A stretch of 62,743 nucleotides of DNA, counting the filler, from Candidatus Fermentibacterota bacterium (GTDB taxonomy: Bacteria; JAFGKV01): the NCBI GenBank assembly GCA_016928395.1. It is 5 parts of 5 records of this genome, joined end to end, with 100 filler letters (N's around TTAATTAATTAA, not from the genome) between each part and the next. Parts side by side here need not be neighbours in the genome. Positions count along the whole stretch, not along the records: positions 21,455 to 38,591 come from JAFGKV010000079.1; positions 38,692 to 47,742 come from JAFGKV010000080.1; 3 more parts are not named here. One strand, given 5' to 3'. The notes under the pieces are model-generated. The model was not told the DNA's origin. It saw only the letters and a list, made by a program, of their open reading frames with translations, and searched no databases. Positions 37,101-47,842 of this stretch are shown one piece after another; positions within the stretch are counted from its first letter, which is position 1, and each line of letters begins with the position of its first letter. The position numbers and the translations under genes are program-made.

Positions 37101-38238
37101 AACCTATGTCTTCAGCCGTCTTGAGATTGATGGCAACCCTGGGAATGTGTTGAAAGACCTGATTCAAGCTCCGTGGCTTGATCCCTTTCAGAATGTTGAC
37201 GATCTTCTGTGCGTTGTAGACGCCGGCCGACTCCATTTCGGTTTCCGACACTCCGAACAAGACACCGCGTTCGACGTATCTCCAGACGTTGGCCATCGCA
37301 AATGACGGCAGCTTGTACGCGGCCAGTACGGCGAGGACGCGGGGGAGATTCTCGTCGGTGAATCCCGCTTGTATGGTCAGGTATACGGCATCGACCTGCG
37401 GACAGAGCTCCTTGAGGGCTCTCAAGTATCCGGACTCGGCCTCCGGATGACCTTCCTCTTCGTGCAGGTACTTGGACATCCTCACCACCTCGAACCCTCG
37501 TTCCGCCGCAACCGCTTCGATGTCGTCCACGGCGGCGTAGCTCCTTCCGCTGGCGGTATCGGTGTACAAGACCCCGAGCCGTTTGAAGTTGATCAGGTCG
37601 TGAAACAGGCGAACCTGCTCCCGGTACACACCGACGTTGCAGCGGATGGTCAGGAAGTCCTTTCCGGAGTCTTCGATCGAGTCAATGATGCCGGCGGTCA
37701 CGCCGTTGCTTATGGAATCACCAAGCACCGGGATCCGAAAACCGTCGATCTTCGACAGGACTCGGGTTGCGTCGGTACCGAAGCTGATGATCAGGTCGAT
37801 TTCGTTGGTGGAAGCGCCGATGATCCTCTGGAACTCCGGGCGGGCGGAGCGCTGTACCTCCCATTCGAAATCGAAATACAGACTCGCGGGGAAATCGATG
37901 TAGTCGCTGTACTTCTTGGAGTTGAGCTCGCGAATCACGTCCGCCATCTCGGCGTCGTCCGGAACCGTGATCGGTGCCATCCAGCCTTGGTCGGAGAGGC
38001 CAGTCAGGATGGCGACGAAGGCCCTCGTGTAGGGCAGGTACTCACCGCTCTGGACTACGGCCACGTGAAACCTGCCGCTGCCGAATTTGAAGAATGGCTC
38101 GAAGGATTCCTTGACGTCATAGCCATTTGATGCAACGATTGTCGGCTTGGGCGAATGGCGGGAGGCGCCGGGTCTGTCGCAGGCAGATAGCAGCACGAGC
38201 AACATCAGCACAGTGGAAAAGACGGTTGTTCTGCGCAT
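37048..38238 (-). CDS. ABC transporter substrate-binding lipoprotein (ABC_sub_bind-like)
   Basis: LSAC lipobox, FKRLGVLY, VERGVLFG, AINLKTAEDIG..VP..VL..AD. Confidence 0.8.
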   Translation of the reverse strand: MRRTTVFSTVLMLLVLLSACDRPGASRHSPKPTIVASNGYDVKESFEPFFKFGSGRFHVAVVQSGEYLPYTRAFVAILTGLSDQGWMAPITVPDDAEMADVIRELNSKKYSDYIDFPASLYFDFEWEVQRSARPEFQRIIGASTNEIDLIISFGTDATRVLSKIDGFRIPVLGDSISNGVTAGIIDSIEDSGKDFLTIRCNVGVYREQVRLFHDLINFKRLGVLYTDTASGRSYAAVDDIEAVAAERGFEVVRMSKYLHEEEGHPEAESGYLRALKELCPQVDAVYLTIQAGFTDENLPRVLAVLAAYKLPSFAMANVWRYVERGVLFGVSETEMESAGVYNAQKIVNILKGIKPRSLNQVFQHIPRVAINLKTAEDIGYAVPESVLNRADEIYGR

Positions 38239-38319
38239 CGCTATCTCCAACATTTTGACTATAGGGCCAAGCCTGGTGGCTGTCAATTGTTGCACCTGGG
38301 CGGAGTGTGGGACGCGGGC

Positions 38320-38591
38320 ATGCACGTAGACGGACGCGTTGTCGTGGTCACCACAGAGGCCGACGGCCTGTGGCGGCAGGGATTCGGGTCCGTAGAGACT
38401 GCCGCACGGATCTGCTCGATCCTCGCCGACTACTGGCGGGAGTCGCGCCTCGCGATCGTCAATACGGAAATCGAGCTGCAGGGGCTGATCGAAGACCCGC
38501 CGGCTCTGGTCTTTTCCGGGATCAACTACCTCCCCGGCGGCGCGAAGACCTGGATTTCGCAGGCCCTGGCGGACGCCGGCATCAACTACAC
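38320..38591 (+). CDS. possible D-Ala-D-Ala ligase-like ATP-grasp protein, N-terminal fragment
   Basis: PALVFSG...ISQALADAGINYT resembles the Ddl N-domain ending in xYTGS; truncated by contig end. Confidence 0.45.
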
Positions 38592-38691
38592 NNNNNNNNN
38601 NNNNNNNNNNNNNNNNNNNNNNNNNNNNNNNNNNNTTAATTAATTAANNNNNNNNNNNNNNNNNNNNNNNNNNNNNNNNNNNNNNNNNNNN
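38592..38691. other. artificial contig linker
   Basis: N-run with TTAATTAATTAA. Confidence 0.99.
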
Positions 38692-38806
38692 AGCTGACGA
38701 CCATCGAGGAAGGAGGTCAGGTCGCTGCATGAGGTCGGTGGGGTCGCGGAGACTTTCAACTAAGAATGGGCTTGACTCAGAAAACGAGATTCAGAGGAGG
38801 TCTGAC

Positions 38807-39913
38807 ATGTTCGGCAAGATGGCGGTGTTAATCACCCTTATCCTTGCGCTTGTATCCCCCGCATTGAGCATTGATGCTCCGGGTCAGGTTGAGGGCATCA
38901 AGACGAACACGGCGCCGGAGAACAAGGTAGTGGCCAGGACCATTATGGAACTATTCAACCTGGAGAACGTTCTCGAACAAGGCATTGAGACCCTCCCCAC
39001 TGGGGAGAAGTACCTGGCAGGCGGATCACTCGTGTCCCCAGATGGCACAAAGCTGGCTGTTTCGCTTGGCGATAGAATCGTGATTGTGGATCGCGTGAGG
39101 GGCATCGTTCGAGCGAAGGATCTCCACGACATAGCCAAGACTCGTCCCCGCATCGCTCAATGGGATCCAAATGGCGAGTGGATCGTATTCGCGTGCGGAG
39201 TAGAGCAAGAAGGAACTAGAAAGGGCTATGTTGGCGCGTATTATTCCTACAACTATGTTGATGACCGGCTCACCCTATTGAAACGATTTGGCGACAATTA
39301 TGATGGAAGCATACCGGCTCTATCTCCGGATGAGAAACTATTAGCCTATCCTAGAATCGGAATTGTGGATCAGCTGCCAACGATGTGGTTGGTGGACTTG
39401 AATACCGGATCGGAGGTACAGGTTTCTGAGGACGGTGGGATGAATCCCCAGTGGTCACATAATGGAGAGCTACTCTGTTACATCAAGGGACCAAGCCATC
39501 ATATGGAACCATGGATTTATGACCTGCACTCCAGGACCAATCAGAAACTCTATCGAAGAACCAGCTCTCTATTCCCACGGTTCTCTCCGTGCGACCGCTT
39601 CTTGTGCTTCGTTCCGGAAACCGGGAGACTCATAATAGCTAGTGTTGATGGGAAGGAAATTAGGGAACTAGATCTAGACATTGAGCTGAAACCCGGCCTC
39701 AGTGGTGGGCTATATGAGCCTGCGTGGTCTCCAGATGGTAGGAGAATCGCCATGCGATTTCTCACCTGTACAGCCGAGGGAAATGAGGCGAGTTCCGATA
39801 TCTACACTGTTAACATCGACGGATCCGACTTGAGGCGCATTACGTTCACTCCGGAAATCAACAAGAAAGCACCTCAATGGATATCTGACGACATGATATC
39901 GTTCGTAAACTGA
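38807..39913 (+). CDS. secreted TolB-like (PD40) beta-propeller protein
   Basis: ATG after GAGGAGG; signal peptide; repeated SPDG, WDPNG, LSPDE, WSHNG, FSPCD, WSPDG. Confidence 0.85.
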   Translation: MFGKMAVLITLILALVSPALSIDAPGQVEGIKTNTAPENKVVARTIMELFNLENVLEQGIETLPTGEKYLAGGSLVSPDGTKLAVSLGDRIVIVDRVRGIVRAKDLHDIAKTRPRIAQWDPNGEWIVFACGVEQEGTRKGYVGAYYSYNYVDDRLTLLKRFGDNYDGSIPALSPDEKLLAYPRIGIVDQLPTMWLVDLNTGSEVQVSEDGGMNPQWSHNGELLCYIKGPSHHMEPWIYDLHSRTNQKLYRRTSSLFPRFSPCDRFLCFVPETGRLIIASVDGKEIRELDLDIELKPGLSGGLYEPAWSPDGRRIAMRFLTCTAEGNEASSDIYTVNIDGSDLRRITFTPEINKKAPQWISDDMISFVN

Positions 39914-40210
39914 TGGCGATACGACGATTCGGATATATATCATTACGCTATCATTGAAGGAGGCACGCGATGTTCTCACGAATTGGAATTGCCATCGCGA
40001 GGGAGATAGGTGCCAGGTTTCAGTCCGACCTTCTTCACCCCTTCCCTTCTTTACTCCTTTACTCCTTTGACACGCACGAGTGGCTGCGCCGCGGACCTTG
40101 ATTATTGATAGGCTCCGCCGTGATTGTCGCGGGTCTTGATCTAATTCCGCGACTTCAGCCTGGTGTCGCGGTGCAGGCACCGCTTGACCTCCATTCCGAG
40201 GAGACACGCC

Positions 40211-41521
40211 ATGAAACCGAAGGGATTGTCGCGTCGAGGATTCCTGTCAAAGGCGGGGATGGCAACTGCTGGGGTGCTTATGCGCCCACCCTTCTCCTTC
40301 GCAAAGGGCGCGCCCTCCCCCAGGCTCGGCAATCTCCACCCCGGTGTGGTGGGCATTGCCTACAATCCCATTGCCACCAGCGGCACGACCGTCAGTCTTC
40401 CCGTAGTGCGCACCATGGTGGACGATGCGCTCATGGCTATCACCGGGGAGACGACGCCGGCTTCAGCCATGGGGCATCTGCTGACCGAGGGCACCGCGGG
40501 CAAGAACGTGGCGTTCAAGGTGAACGCCATAAACAGTAGTGTCCCGACCCGTTGGGAGATGGTGCGGGCGATCCTGGAACGGATGCTGGATGCGGGCATC
40601 AGCCCCGCCAATGTGGTCATCTTCGACAACAACACCCTCTCCAGCAGCGGCTTCAGCAGCACCAACTTCCCCAACGGCGCCGGCCAGCAGTTCCAGGGCC
40701 TGCAGTTCCTGGGCACCGGATCGTGCTCATATCCCGTACCGGGCACGACGTGCACGCTGTCGGATCGCATCGTGAACTGCGACTACCTCGTCAACTGCCC
40801 GGTGCTGAAAGACCACTGGGGCCTGAATACCGAAGGAAACTCGGAGTTTCACTTCACCCTTGGTATGAAGAACCACTACGGATCCATCAGCGGCCTGACC
40901 CACAACTGGCCGGCCTTTCGCGAGATGCTCGGTCGCATCAGCGCGGATCCCGTGCACGTGCGCCCCAAGACCGTTCTGGTGGCACTGAGCTCCCTCTTGG
41001 GCTACTGGGGCATGAACGGCCCCGGGGGTAGCATTCAGAGCTGGCTCACGTTCGGGGGCGGCAACCCCAAACGGGTCATTCTGTCAACAGACCCCATCTC
41101 CGTTGATCATGTCGGCATCGAGATGATCAACCATGAGCGGCTTCTGCAAGGCGTCACCCAGAAGACCGACAACTACGTCGGCTACGCTGCGACGACGTTC
41201 GGTCTCGGAGTCTACGACTTCGCGGCCATGACATGTCATCAGTGGATGGGTGTTCCTTTCACGCTCTCCGTGGCGCCCCAGGGGCCTGCCTGGCGTCTCA
41301 CCTGGGACGGCATGAATGGCGCGTACGGCTACCGCGTCTACCGTTCGACCACTGCCTACGGCGGCTGGAGCCTCTTGATCGACATCCCAACGGCGTCTAC
41401 GGTGACATGGGATGAGACGGTCGCGCCGCCCGAGTCGGGTCACTTCTACCGCGTGGAGGCCTACAACACCTTCGGCACCGCAGAGACGAACGCCGTCGGC
41501 ATTTTTCCGTTCACGACATAG
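40211..41521 (+). CDS. Tat-exported DUF362 domain protein with C-terminal FN3-like domain
   Basis: SRRGFL Tat motif; VAFKVN, VNCPVLKDH, TLGMKNHYG, STDPISVD. Confidence 0.85.
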   Translation: MKPKGLSRRGFLSKAGMATAGVLMRPPFSFAKGAPSPRLGNLHPGVVGIAYNPIATSGTTVSLPVVRTMVDDALMAITGETTPASAMGHLLTEGTAGKNVAFKVNAINSSVPTRWEMVRAILERMLDAGISPANVVIFDNNTLSSSGFSSTNFPNGAGQQFQGLQFLGTGSCSYPVPGTTCTLSDRIVNCDYLVNCPVLKDHWGLNTEGNSEFHFTLGMKNHYGSISGLTHNWPAFREMLGRISADPVHVRPKTVLVALSSLLGYWGMNGPGGSIQSWLTFGGGNPKRVILSTDPISVDHVGIEMINHERLLQGVTQKTDNYVGYAATTFGLGVYDFAAMTCHQWMGVPFTLSVAPQGPAWRLTWDGMNGAYGYRVYRSTTAYGGWSLLIDIPTASTVTWDETVAPPESGHFYRVEAYNTFGTAETNAVGIFPFTT

Positions 41522-41575
41522 TACTCGGGTCTACACGCGGGACCACGCACCAAGACTGACGCTGCAGGGCAAGGC

Positions 41576-42379
41576 TCACTCGAGTTCGTGCAGGCACCAC
41601 CGTGTAGCTCTCTGCATCAGGTCCCACTCCGACCCGCGGTCGTCGAAGTGATCGAAGTAGGAGACGCCATCCCGGTCGCTATCCTCCTCCCATTCCGGAT
41701 GGGGTCCGGTGAGCACCACGCGGCCGTGCCCGTAGGACGAAGCAACGATAGCGGCGTGTCCTGTGATGTCGTAGGTCGCCACCACTGCGGCATCACCGGT
41801 ATCGGGAATGAAGTAGGGCCCATTGTAGAAGAGAATCCACGCGGTATCCGGCAGACTTGCGGAGATTGGGTGTGAACGCGACAGGGTGACCTTGCACATG
41901 CCGATCTCGGGATACTCGAAGATATCGGGGATCGGGCCTGCCGCCAGGCCCTGGAATACTCCCATCAGCCCATCCGAAGAGGAGGCGCCGTCCCAGAGAT
42001 TCCTGGATGCGCCGAATAGCCCCCCAGCGCATGTGCCGATGTATGCGCAGCCCGCGCGGATTCGATCTCGTATCCGGTCTCTGCCACTGTCACGGATGTC
42101 GCGTCTGTAGGGCCCTGACGAGCCTCCCGGAAAGTAGAACACGTCGATGTGATCGATCACGCCGTCGTTGACGGTGGCGGCATCGATGCGCGTCACCTGA
42201 TACCCCATCCACTCAAACATCCGCCTCGCCGCCTCGACGCAGGCCTGTGCGGCACCCGCATCCGCGTACACGCCGACGATGACGACCCCGTCACCGGTCG
42301 GGTCCAGCGGCGCGGCGGAGTCATGCGTGCACATGCAGAGACTCACCACGAACACCAGAGCGGTCCTCGAAGCAGCCAT
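41576..42379 (-). CDS. BPL_N / class I glutamine amidotransferase-like secreted protein
   Basis: FPGGS, YIGTCAGG, YNGPYF, YGHGRVVLTGPHPE. Confidence 0.8.
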   Translation of the reverse strand: MAASRTALVFVVSLCMCTHDSAAPLDPTGDGVVIVGVYADAGAAQACVEAARRMFEWMGYQVTRIDAATVNDGVIDHIDVFYFPGGSSGPYRRDIRDSGRDRIRDRIRAGCAYIGTCAGGLFGASRNLWDGASSSDGLMGVFQGLAAGPIPDIFEYPEIGMCKVTLSRSHPISASLPDTAWILFYNGPYFIPDTGDAAVVATYDITGHAAIVASSYGHGRVVLTGPHPEWEEDSDRDGVSYFDHFDDRGSEWDLMQRATRWCLHELE

Positions 42380-42793
42380 ACGCCGGCACCTTCCTCTCCG
42401 ATATCCGTCCCCTTGCATCGGGAGTTAAGTGCAAGAACCGCACCGAAGACACGACAGAACGGCGAACACCGCCAGAGGCCCCTGCCCGGGCATTCTGATT
42501 CGTGGGCGGACACCGCCTGCCCACTACCGGGCAATGAGGTCTCTCCCAGGGCGTATGAGCTGCCATGGAAGAACCCGTCTCTTGCGCCCATGCGGCGCCC
42601 ACGGACTATTCTAATGTTAGAATAGTCCGGCAAAGACCTCTCAGGCAGCCTCGGGCTCGCAGTCTCCAGGATTGCGGGTTCAGTGAGGCCTCCCAGTGCG
42701 AAGGCACTGGGGCCTTTCGCGATTGAGAGTACACCGAGTTGGGGCCCCGGGCCTGCCCGGACGATACATGGTGTAGCGTCCACCACTCTCCCC

Positions 42794-42875
42794 GTCATTG
42801 CCCGACTCGTTCGGGCAATCCAGGCAGGAGCATCTGGCCCAAGCTCTGGATCACCCGGTCACGCCGGGTGATGAC
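42794..42875. repeat. palindromic REP/RPE-like element
   Basis: GTCATTGCCCGA..TCGGGCAATCCAG ... CTGGATCACCCGG..CCGGGTGATGAC: two hairpins inside GTCAT/ATGAC ends. Confidence 0.75.
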
Positions 42876-43144
42876 ATTCGTGCTCCTCATTCCTCCGGCT
42901 CGATCTCATGCTCTGCGTGGGAACCTCTGCTCCCCTTTGAAGTTACAGCGTAGGGTTTAGGGTTCGGTCGGGCCTCTGCCGACTCTCCTCATTCTATTGC
43001 CGACTGGTTCGGGGTCGGTATCGCTATCGGTATCGTTGTCGTAATCGCACTCGAGATCGGCCAGCCGGGAATCCAAGCTCGAGCGCGAGCTCTGCATGTT
43101 CTCTCCCACGAGGCAAGACCCCTTCACGGCGAAAACGCTCGCCG

Positions 43145-44506
43145 CTAGGGAAGCTCCAACTCGAACCGCGAGGCGCCGACCCGCGAACTCATTACGCTGC
43201 GAACACCGTTCTCCATGATCGTCACCACCTGATAGCATACAGTCTCCAGAGCGCCGAGCCCGCCAAGGTCGGTCCAGTTCGGGGCGGTTGTGAACCCGAT
43301 GGCATCGTCGAGGTGGAGATCGAAACCACAGGGATCCGTGCGTCTGAACACCTCGTAGGATGCGCCGCCAACCATCGAAAACCACGAGAGCACGGCATCG
43401 TCCCCGACCGCCGAGATAGTGAGCGGATCAGGCCGCGGTACTCCCGTGGTCTGGATATCCGACGAGGTGCAGTGGAGTGCGCCTCCATAGTTGATGATGG
43501 CGGTGCATGTGATCGGCACTATCTCGTGATTGGGCAGAGCCTCCTGGAACACGGCGACGGCCTGGGCGTCATACTCGTGATTGTAGACTGGTACGAGATA
43601 CTTCCCGTTGCACTGGATACCATTGGTGTAGGTTCGGTATACGCTTCGGGTCCCACCCTTGGGCGGCTCGACCCCCGGGGGAAGGTGGAGCAAAGACGGG
43701 TCTTGGATGGCCTCCGGGGGCAGGGCCATGCTGGTCACAGGCGGCGTCGATACTCGAAAGACCTCGAATCCTCGGGCCTCGAACTCCGCGGCGGCCAAAT
43801 CCATATTCGTGTTGTGGGTAGGGTTTGCATATTCGCTGATGACGACCTTGGATGGGGCCACGAATCGGGCATACATGTCAATGTGGCCGCACGGTTCTCC
43901 CACCAAAGGGGGCACGATGTGCAGAGGAAGATCGAAGTACTGCCTGACCGTCTGTTGCCATGTGGCGGGGTTGTTCACATAGGCCCCTGATACCGCGACT
44001 TCCGAGGCGCCGTCAGTCATGTAGTTGCCTCCCTGCATGCTGATGGGCGCGTGGTAGTGCTGCAGACCCAACTGATCCGCAATGTACTGCGGAAACTCCT
44101 GGTGATAGCCGCCCTCGACGACAACCCTCACACCGTTCTCCCTGTAGGTGAATTCCGGACCGTAGTCGCGAACCCACACGCTCATCATGGTGCTCGTCGC
44201 GCAAAACTCCACGTTGGTGAGGGAGATCCCCAGCGATGTCAGGAAGTTCTGGATGGGAGCGATCGCACTCTGGTAGCGGACCACCACGCCCGCTACCGCG
44301 ACGTCCCTGATCGCCTCCACGGCTCTCGCCCACATGGTGTCTGCTTGAGGCCCATACGAGCCCAGGCTGTACCAGCCGATGAGCACCTCCGACTGCGGTT
44401 CGAACTCCCCCGGCGGACGCATTTCATACGGTGGCTGGGCCATGACACGCGGTGACAGAACCGCGATGAAGAGTACCGTCAGAAAGAGCAGCGTGTACCG
44501 TCGCAT
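43145..44506 (-). CDS. secreted agmatine/peptidylarginine deiminase family protein with C-terminal FN3-like domain
   Basis: Signal peptide, PGEFEP, WVRDYGP, QGGN, GHID, YTN, GGALHC. Confidence 0.88.
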   Translation of the reverse strand: MRRYTLLFLTVLFIAVLSPRVMAQPPYEMRPPGEFEPQSEVLIGWYSLGSYGPQADTMWARAVEAIRDVAVAGVVVRYQSAIAPIQNFLTSLGISLTNVEFCATSTMMSVWVRDYGPEFTYRENGVRVVVEGGYHQEFPQYIADQLGLQHYHAPISMQGGNYMTDGASEVAVSGAYVNNPATWQQTVRQYFDLPLHIVPPLVGEPCGHIDMYARFVAPSKVVISEYANPTHNTNMDLAAAEFEARGFEVFRVSTPPVTSMALPPEAIQDPSLLHLPPGVEPPKGGTRSVYRTYTNGIQCNGKYLVPVYNHEYDAQAVAVFQEALPNHEIVPITCTAIINYGGALHCTSSDIQTTGVPRPDPLTISAVGDDAVLSWFSMVGGASYEVFRRTDPCGFDLHLDDAIGFTTAPNWTDLGGLGALETVCYQVVTIMENGVRSVMSSRVGASRFELELP

Positions 44507-44649
44507 CACGGGGGCCTCCTTGCTGAATCTTCTCCGCGGGATCACGAACCGTCCGACCCGTGACCCCGTATCATGACAGTTCGACGCGTGAGCGTCACCG
44601 CAGTCATCGCACAGCCCTGTTCACTCCCCAAAGCAGGCCACGCCAAGGA

Positions 44650-45894
44650 TCATCGCGATGCGGCATCGTTCCCCGCGGAAGTGCCGCCTCTGGTCGCTTC
44701 TTGGTTGGGCCTAGACCACCCGTCCAACTCGCCGAGAATGGTCTGGATAGCGTCACGATCGTCTGCCTCCGGCGCTGTCTCCAGGTAGCGCCGGAAGTGG
44801 CGTACTGCCGTGGCGTCACGATCTCCCTCTTCGTAGCAGAGGTAGCCTAAAGCCAGATGTGTCATCGCATTGTCTTCGTCCATCCACAAGGCGGCCTCAA
44901 GGCTTTTGCGCGCGGCGCCCTCGTCCCCTTGTGCGCGCTGGATGCCGGCCAGCGCGTGAAGCACGGGGATGGAGGGAGCGGCTTCAATGATATCCTGCAG
45001 ATAGACACGAATGTCCTCTTGGATGTCATCCTCCTGCCCCCCTATCAGAGGAACAAAGCAGTCAAACGCCTCCTCGTAACACTTCTCGTCCATCAGAAGT
45101 GCGCCCCGGTTGAACAGCGCTACATGATCATCCGGCGCCAGCGTGAGAATCTCTCCATATGCGGTCAGTTCCCCGGCCACATCGCCTCGCTCCGCGTGGC
45201 GCTCCGCGTCTGCGTGAAGCCGGGCGATCACTTCGGCAAAGCCTTCAATGACTGCGCGGGCCCGGCCTTCGTCTGATCGTGGCACCATGATGGTATACTG
45301 CGGCGCCTCGATGCAGAGCCCGCGGCACCGCGAACGACTCGGATTCGGCACCGCACGGGCGTCGATGCCTGTGTCGTGCATCACTTCCATTGCCCGACGG
45401 GCAAAGCCCATGGTGCAGGAAGACTCGATCACGACCCATTGGGACAACGGCACGTCTCGAGCGAGACCGTGACGCCAGTCCTCCAACCGGACGAAGCGCA
45501 TCGCTACGGCGCGCATCGTCTCATTCAGAGGGCAGATCCATGAGCCGGAGTAGTCGCCTCCTGATGAGTGGTGCGCCACCCACTCGTCGCGAAGCCGCTG
45601 GAACACGAGCAACTCGTCGATGCAGTTCTCGACACCCACCATCGTCCCTTCGGGAAGGTCTTCGGGGAGCGCCTCCTCCAGGGAGTCCAGACCGGCCTCC
45701 TGAATGCTCCCGTCGGGCAAGAAGAGCCGGGCGCGATCCCTGAGATTCGTGACCTCAAGCCATCGCCCGGAGAGCTCGATGTGCGCCGCGGCATGGAAGG
45801 CCGGCTCATACTCGGATGAATCCACGGTGGTGGCCCGCAACAGGTCCCTTGTTGACATGGCGCGGCACCGTTCAACGATATGATCCTGCTCCAT
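44650..45894 (-). CDS. tetratricopeptide repeat protein
   Basis: C-terminal TPR patterns (PDDHVALFNRG, THLALGY, AVRHFRRYLETAP); start uncertain. Confidence 0.7.
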   Translation of the reverse strand: MEQDHIVERCRAMSTRDLLRATTVDSSEYEPAFHAAAHIELSGRWLEVTNLRDRARLFLPDGSIQEAGLDSLEEALPEDLPEGTMVGVENCIDELLVFQRLRDEWVAHHSSGGDYSGSWICPLNETMRAVAMRFVRLEDWRHGLARDVPLSQWVVIESSCTMGFARRAMEVMHDTGIDARAVPNPSRSRCRGLCIEAPQYTIMVPRSDEGRARAVIEGFAEVIARLHADAERHAERGDVAGELTAYGEILTLAPDDHVALFNRGALLMDEKCYEEAFDCFVPLIGGQEDDIQEDIRVYLQDIIEAAPSIPVLHALAGIQRAQGDEGAARKSLEAALWMDEDNAMTHLALGYLCYEEGDRDATAVRHFRRYLETAPEADDRDAIQTILGELDGWSRPNQEATRGGTSAGNDAASR

Positions 45895-46175
45895 CGCGTG
45901 CTCCATCAAGAGAGAAGGGCGCTTCCGTACGATGATCAGCGGGAAGACGGCCACAAGAAGCCCGCCGGCCACCGGATCTGCAACAATCCGGTGGTTTTCC
46001 CCGGCGCTAGGTTCCCCGCAACGGAGACCCCGATCCCGGGAATGGGTCGCGCGCTTTGGGGTATCTCTTGACGTGCGTCGCAGTGGCACTTCCTTTGATG
46101 GAGGCGCTGGTCATTGCCGGAATCTTTCGGGTTCCGTACCGGAATCAGGTTCACACACGGAAGGAGATCAGGCCC

Positions 46176-47441
46176 ATGGCATCCACGGTGCGAGGAGAGC
46201 GGCTATTCGTTGGGCTGGCTGACCGACGGGCAACGCGGCAGGGCTCTCGCGCTCGATTTCGTTCGCCGGCTTGGCCGCGAGGCACATTACCTCGTCGGCG
46301 GCCTCGGCGCCGTGGCCCCCGGAGCCCGCGTCTCTGGTCACCATGGGCGCTGGGAACCATCGCTCTGGTGATAGGTGTTGCAGCCGGAGTGCCGGTGCGG
46401 GCCGAAGTTGGGACCACGGCCACGTTTCTTATCCTTCCCCAAGGGGCCAGGGCATGCGGCATGGGCCAGGCCTTTGTTGCCGTTGCGGACGACGCCACCG
46501 GCCCCCACTACAATCCGGCAGGCCCTGCTCTACGCCCCTGGCAGGAGTCCTGTCTGCCATGGCCGGTTGAGGCGCACCTGTCCCACTCGCCGTGGATGCC
46601 GGTGTTTGATCTCGACGACCTGTATCTTCGGTATTCAAGCGTGACGCAGAACATACCCCGCGTGGGAACCTTGGTGGTCGGCAGCACCTATCTGCATGTC
46701 GGCGAGGTGATGGGAACCGATGAGAACAACAATGAGACCGGGGCTTTTGCCATCGCCGATATGGCTATCAGCTTCAACTACAGCGCACGGCTCACCCCCA
46801 GCGTCAGCGTCGGCGCAACTTTCAAAGACATTGCCAGCCAATTGTCTTCCGGGTGTGCAACCACGGCCTCGGCGTGGGATTTCGGTGTGCTCTACCGGCC
46901 CCTCAGTCACACGAATACAGGGAATTCCATCTCGTTCCACGGCCCGAGTTTCGGGCTCGGCCTTGCGAACTGCGGGCGGGACATGCGCTACGGAATCGGC
47001 ACGGGGGATTTGCTTCCCCGGCTTCTCAGAATCGGACTGGCTCAGGAAATCCTGTATGCACGGTGCGCGCGGCTCTTAGTGTCCACTGAGGTCAACAAGA
47101 TCATGGTGAATCACAACGAGGGAACCCTTGCGGAGGAACTGCGCGAGAGCAAGCGATGCATCGGCGCGGAGCTGGCTCTTGTGGCGCCTCTGGGGCGAAT
47201 CCTCGGCCTGCCGGCACATCGTGTGGTTCTCTCATCCGCCTTCCGCGGCGGCTACTACCATGATCGGGAGGCCAGCAATGTGCCCCGAGGCCGCACGGCC
47301 GGGCTCGGCGTCGGGCTCTCCGTGACGTACCGGCAGGGGTTGGCGCCTCTACACACGCAGGTCGACTATGCCACCATCGAGCCGCCAGAGGACCTGGGCG
47401 TCACCCACACCAGAGTATATTCCTTCTCGATGGCGCTGTAG
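46176..47441 (+). CDS. PorV/PorQ family outer-membrane protein
   Basis: FLILPQGARACGMGQAFVAVADDATGPHYNPAG signature followed by beta-strands; ATG after AAGGAG. Confidence 0.85.
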   Translation: MASTVRGERLFVGLADRRATRQGSRARFRSPAWPRGTLPRRRPRRRGPRSPRLWSPWALGTIALVIGVAAGVPVRAEVGTTATFLILPQGARACGMGQAFVAVADDATGPHYNPAGPALRPWQESCLPWPVEAHLSHSPWMPVFDLDDLYLRYSSVTQNIPRVGTLVVGSTYLHVGEVMGTDENNNETGAFAIADMAISFNYSARLTPSVSVGATFKDIASQLSSGCATTASAWDFGVLYRPLSHTNTGNSISFHGPSFGLGLANCGRDMRYGIGTGDLLPRLLRIGLAQEILYARCARLLVSTEVNKIMVNHNEGTLAEELRESKRCIGAELALVAPLGRILGLPAHRVVLSSAFRGGYYHDREASNVPRGRTAGLGVGLSVTYRQGLAPLHTQVDYATIEPPEDLGVTHTRVYSFSMAL

Positions 47442-47742
47442 CGGGATGGCCCGGCGCAGCGGCGCTGAGGGAGTGCCTCCAGTGTGGGATCCGCTCCCGC
47501 CATCACACGCAACCGCCCCTGGGCGATTGCGGGCTTGACCCCAGCGTGCAGCCGGCGCGGAAGTCCGAAACCCCGCGCTCGAAGTCATAGACGAAGGGAT
47601 GCCTCCCGCCAAGGCGTTGATTGGCTGAGAGATCCGGCGGCCTGAGACGGTCGCTTCCTAACCCGGATATTTCATGAGGGGTTGGGATCGGGGGTAAAAG
47701 AGGGGTGGAGCCTGGCCAGACGAGACCGAGCCGCGATCGCCT

Positions 47743-47842
47743 NNNNNNNNNNNNNNNNNNNNNNNNNNNNNNNNNNNNNNNNNNNNTTAATTAATTAANN
47801 NNNNNNNNNNNNNNNNNNNNNNNNNNNNNNNNNNNNNNNNNN
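47743..47842. other. artificial contig linker
   Basis: N-run with TTAATTAATTAA. Confidence 0.99.

Noticed and set aside
43010-43055. Hexamer-like repeats encoding DYDNDTDSDTDP in ORF 42957-43385
   Set aside because: Short low-complexity intergenic repeat; the ORF overlaps the deiminase in another frame and is probably spurious.
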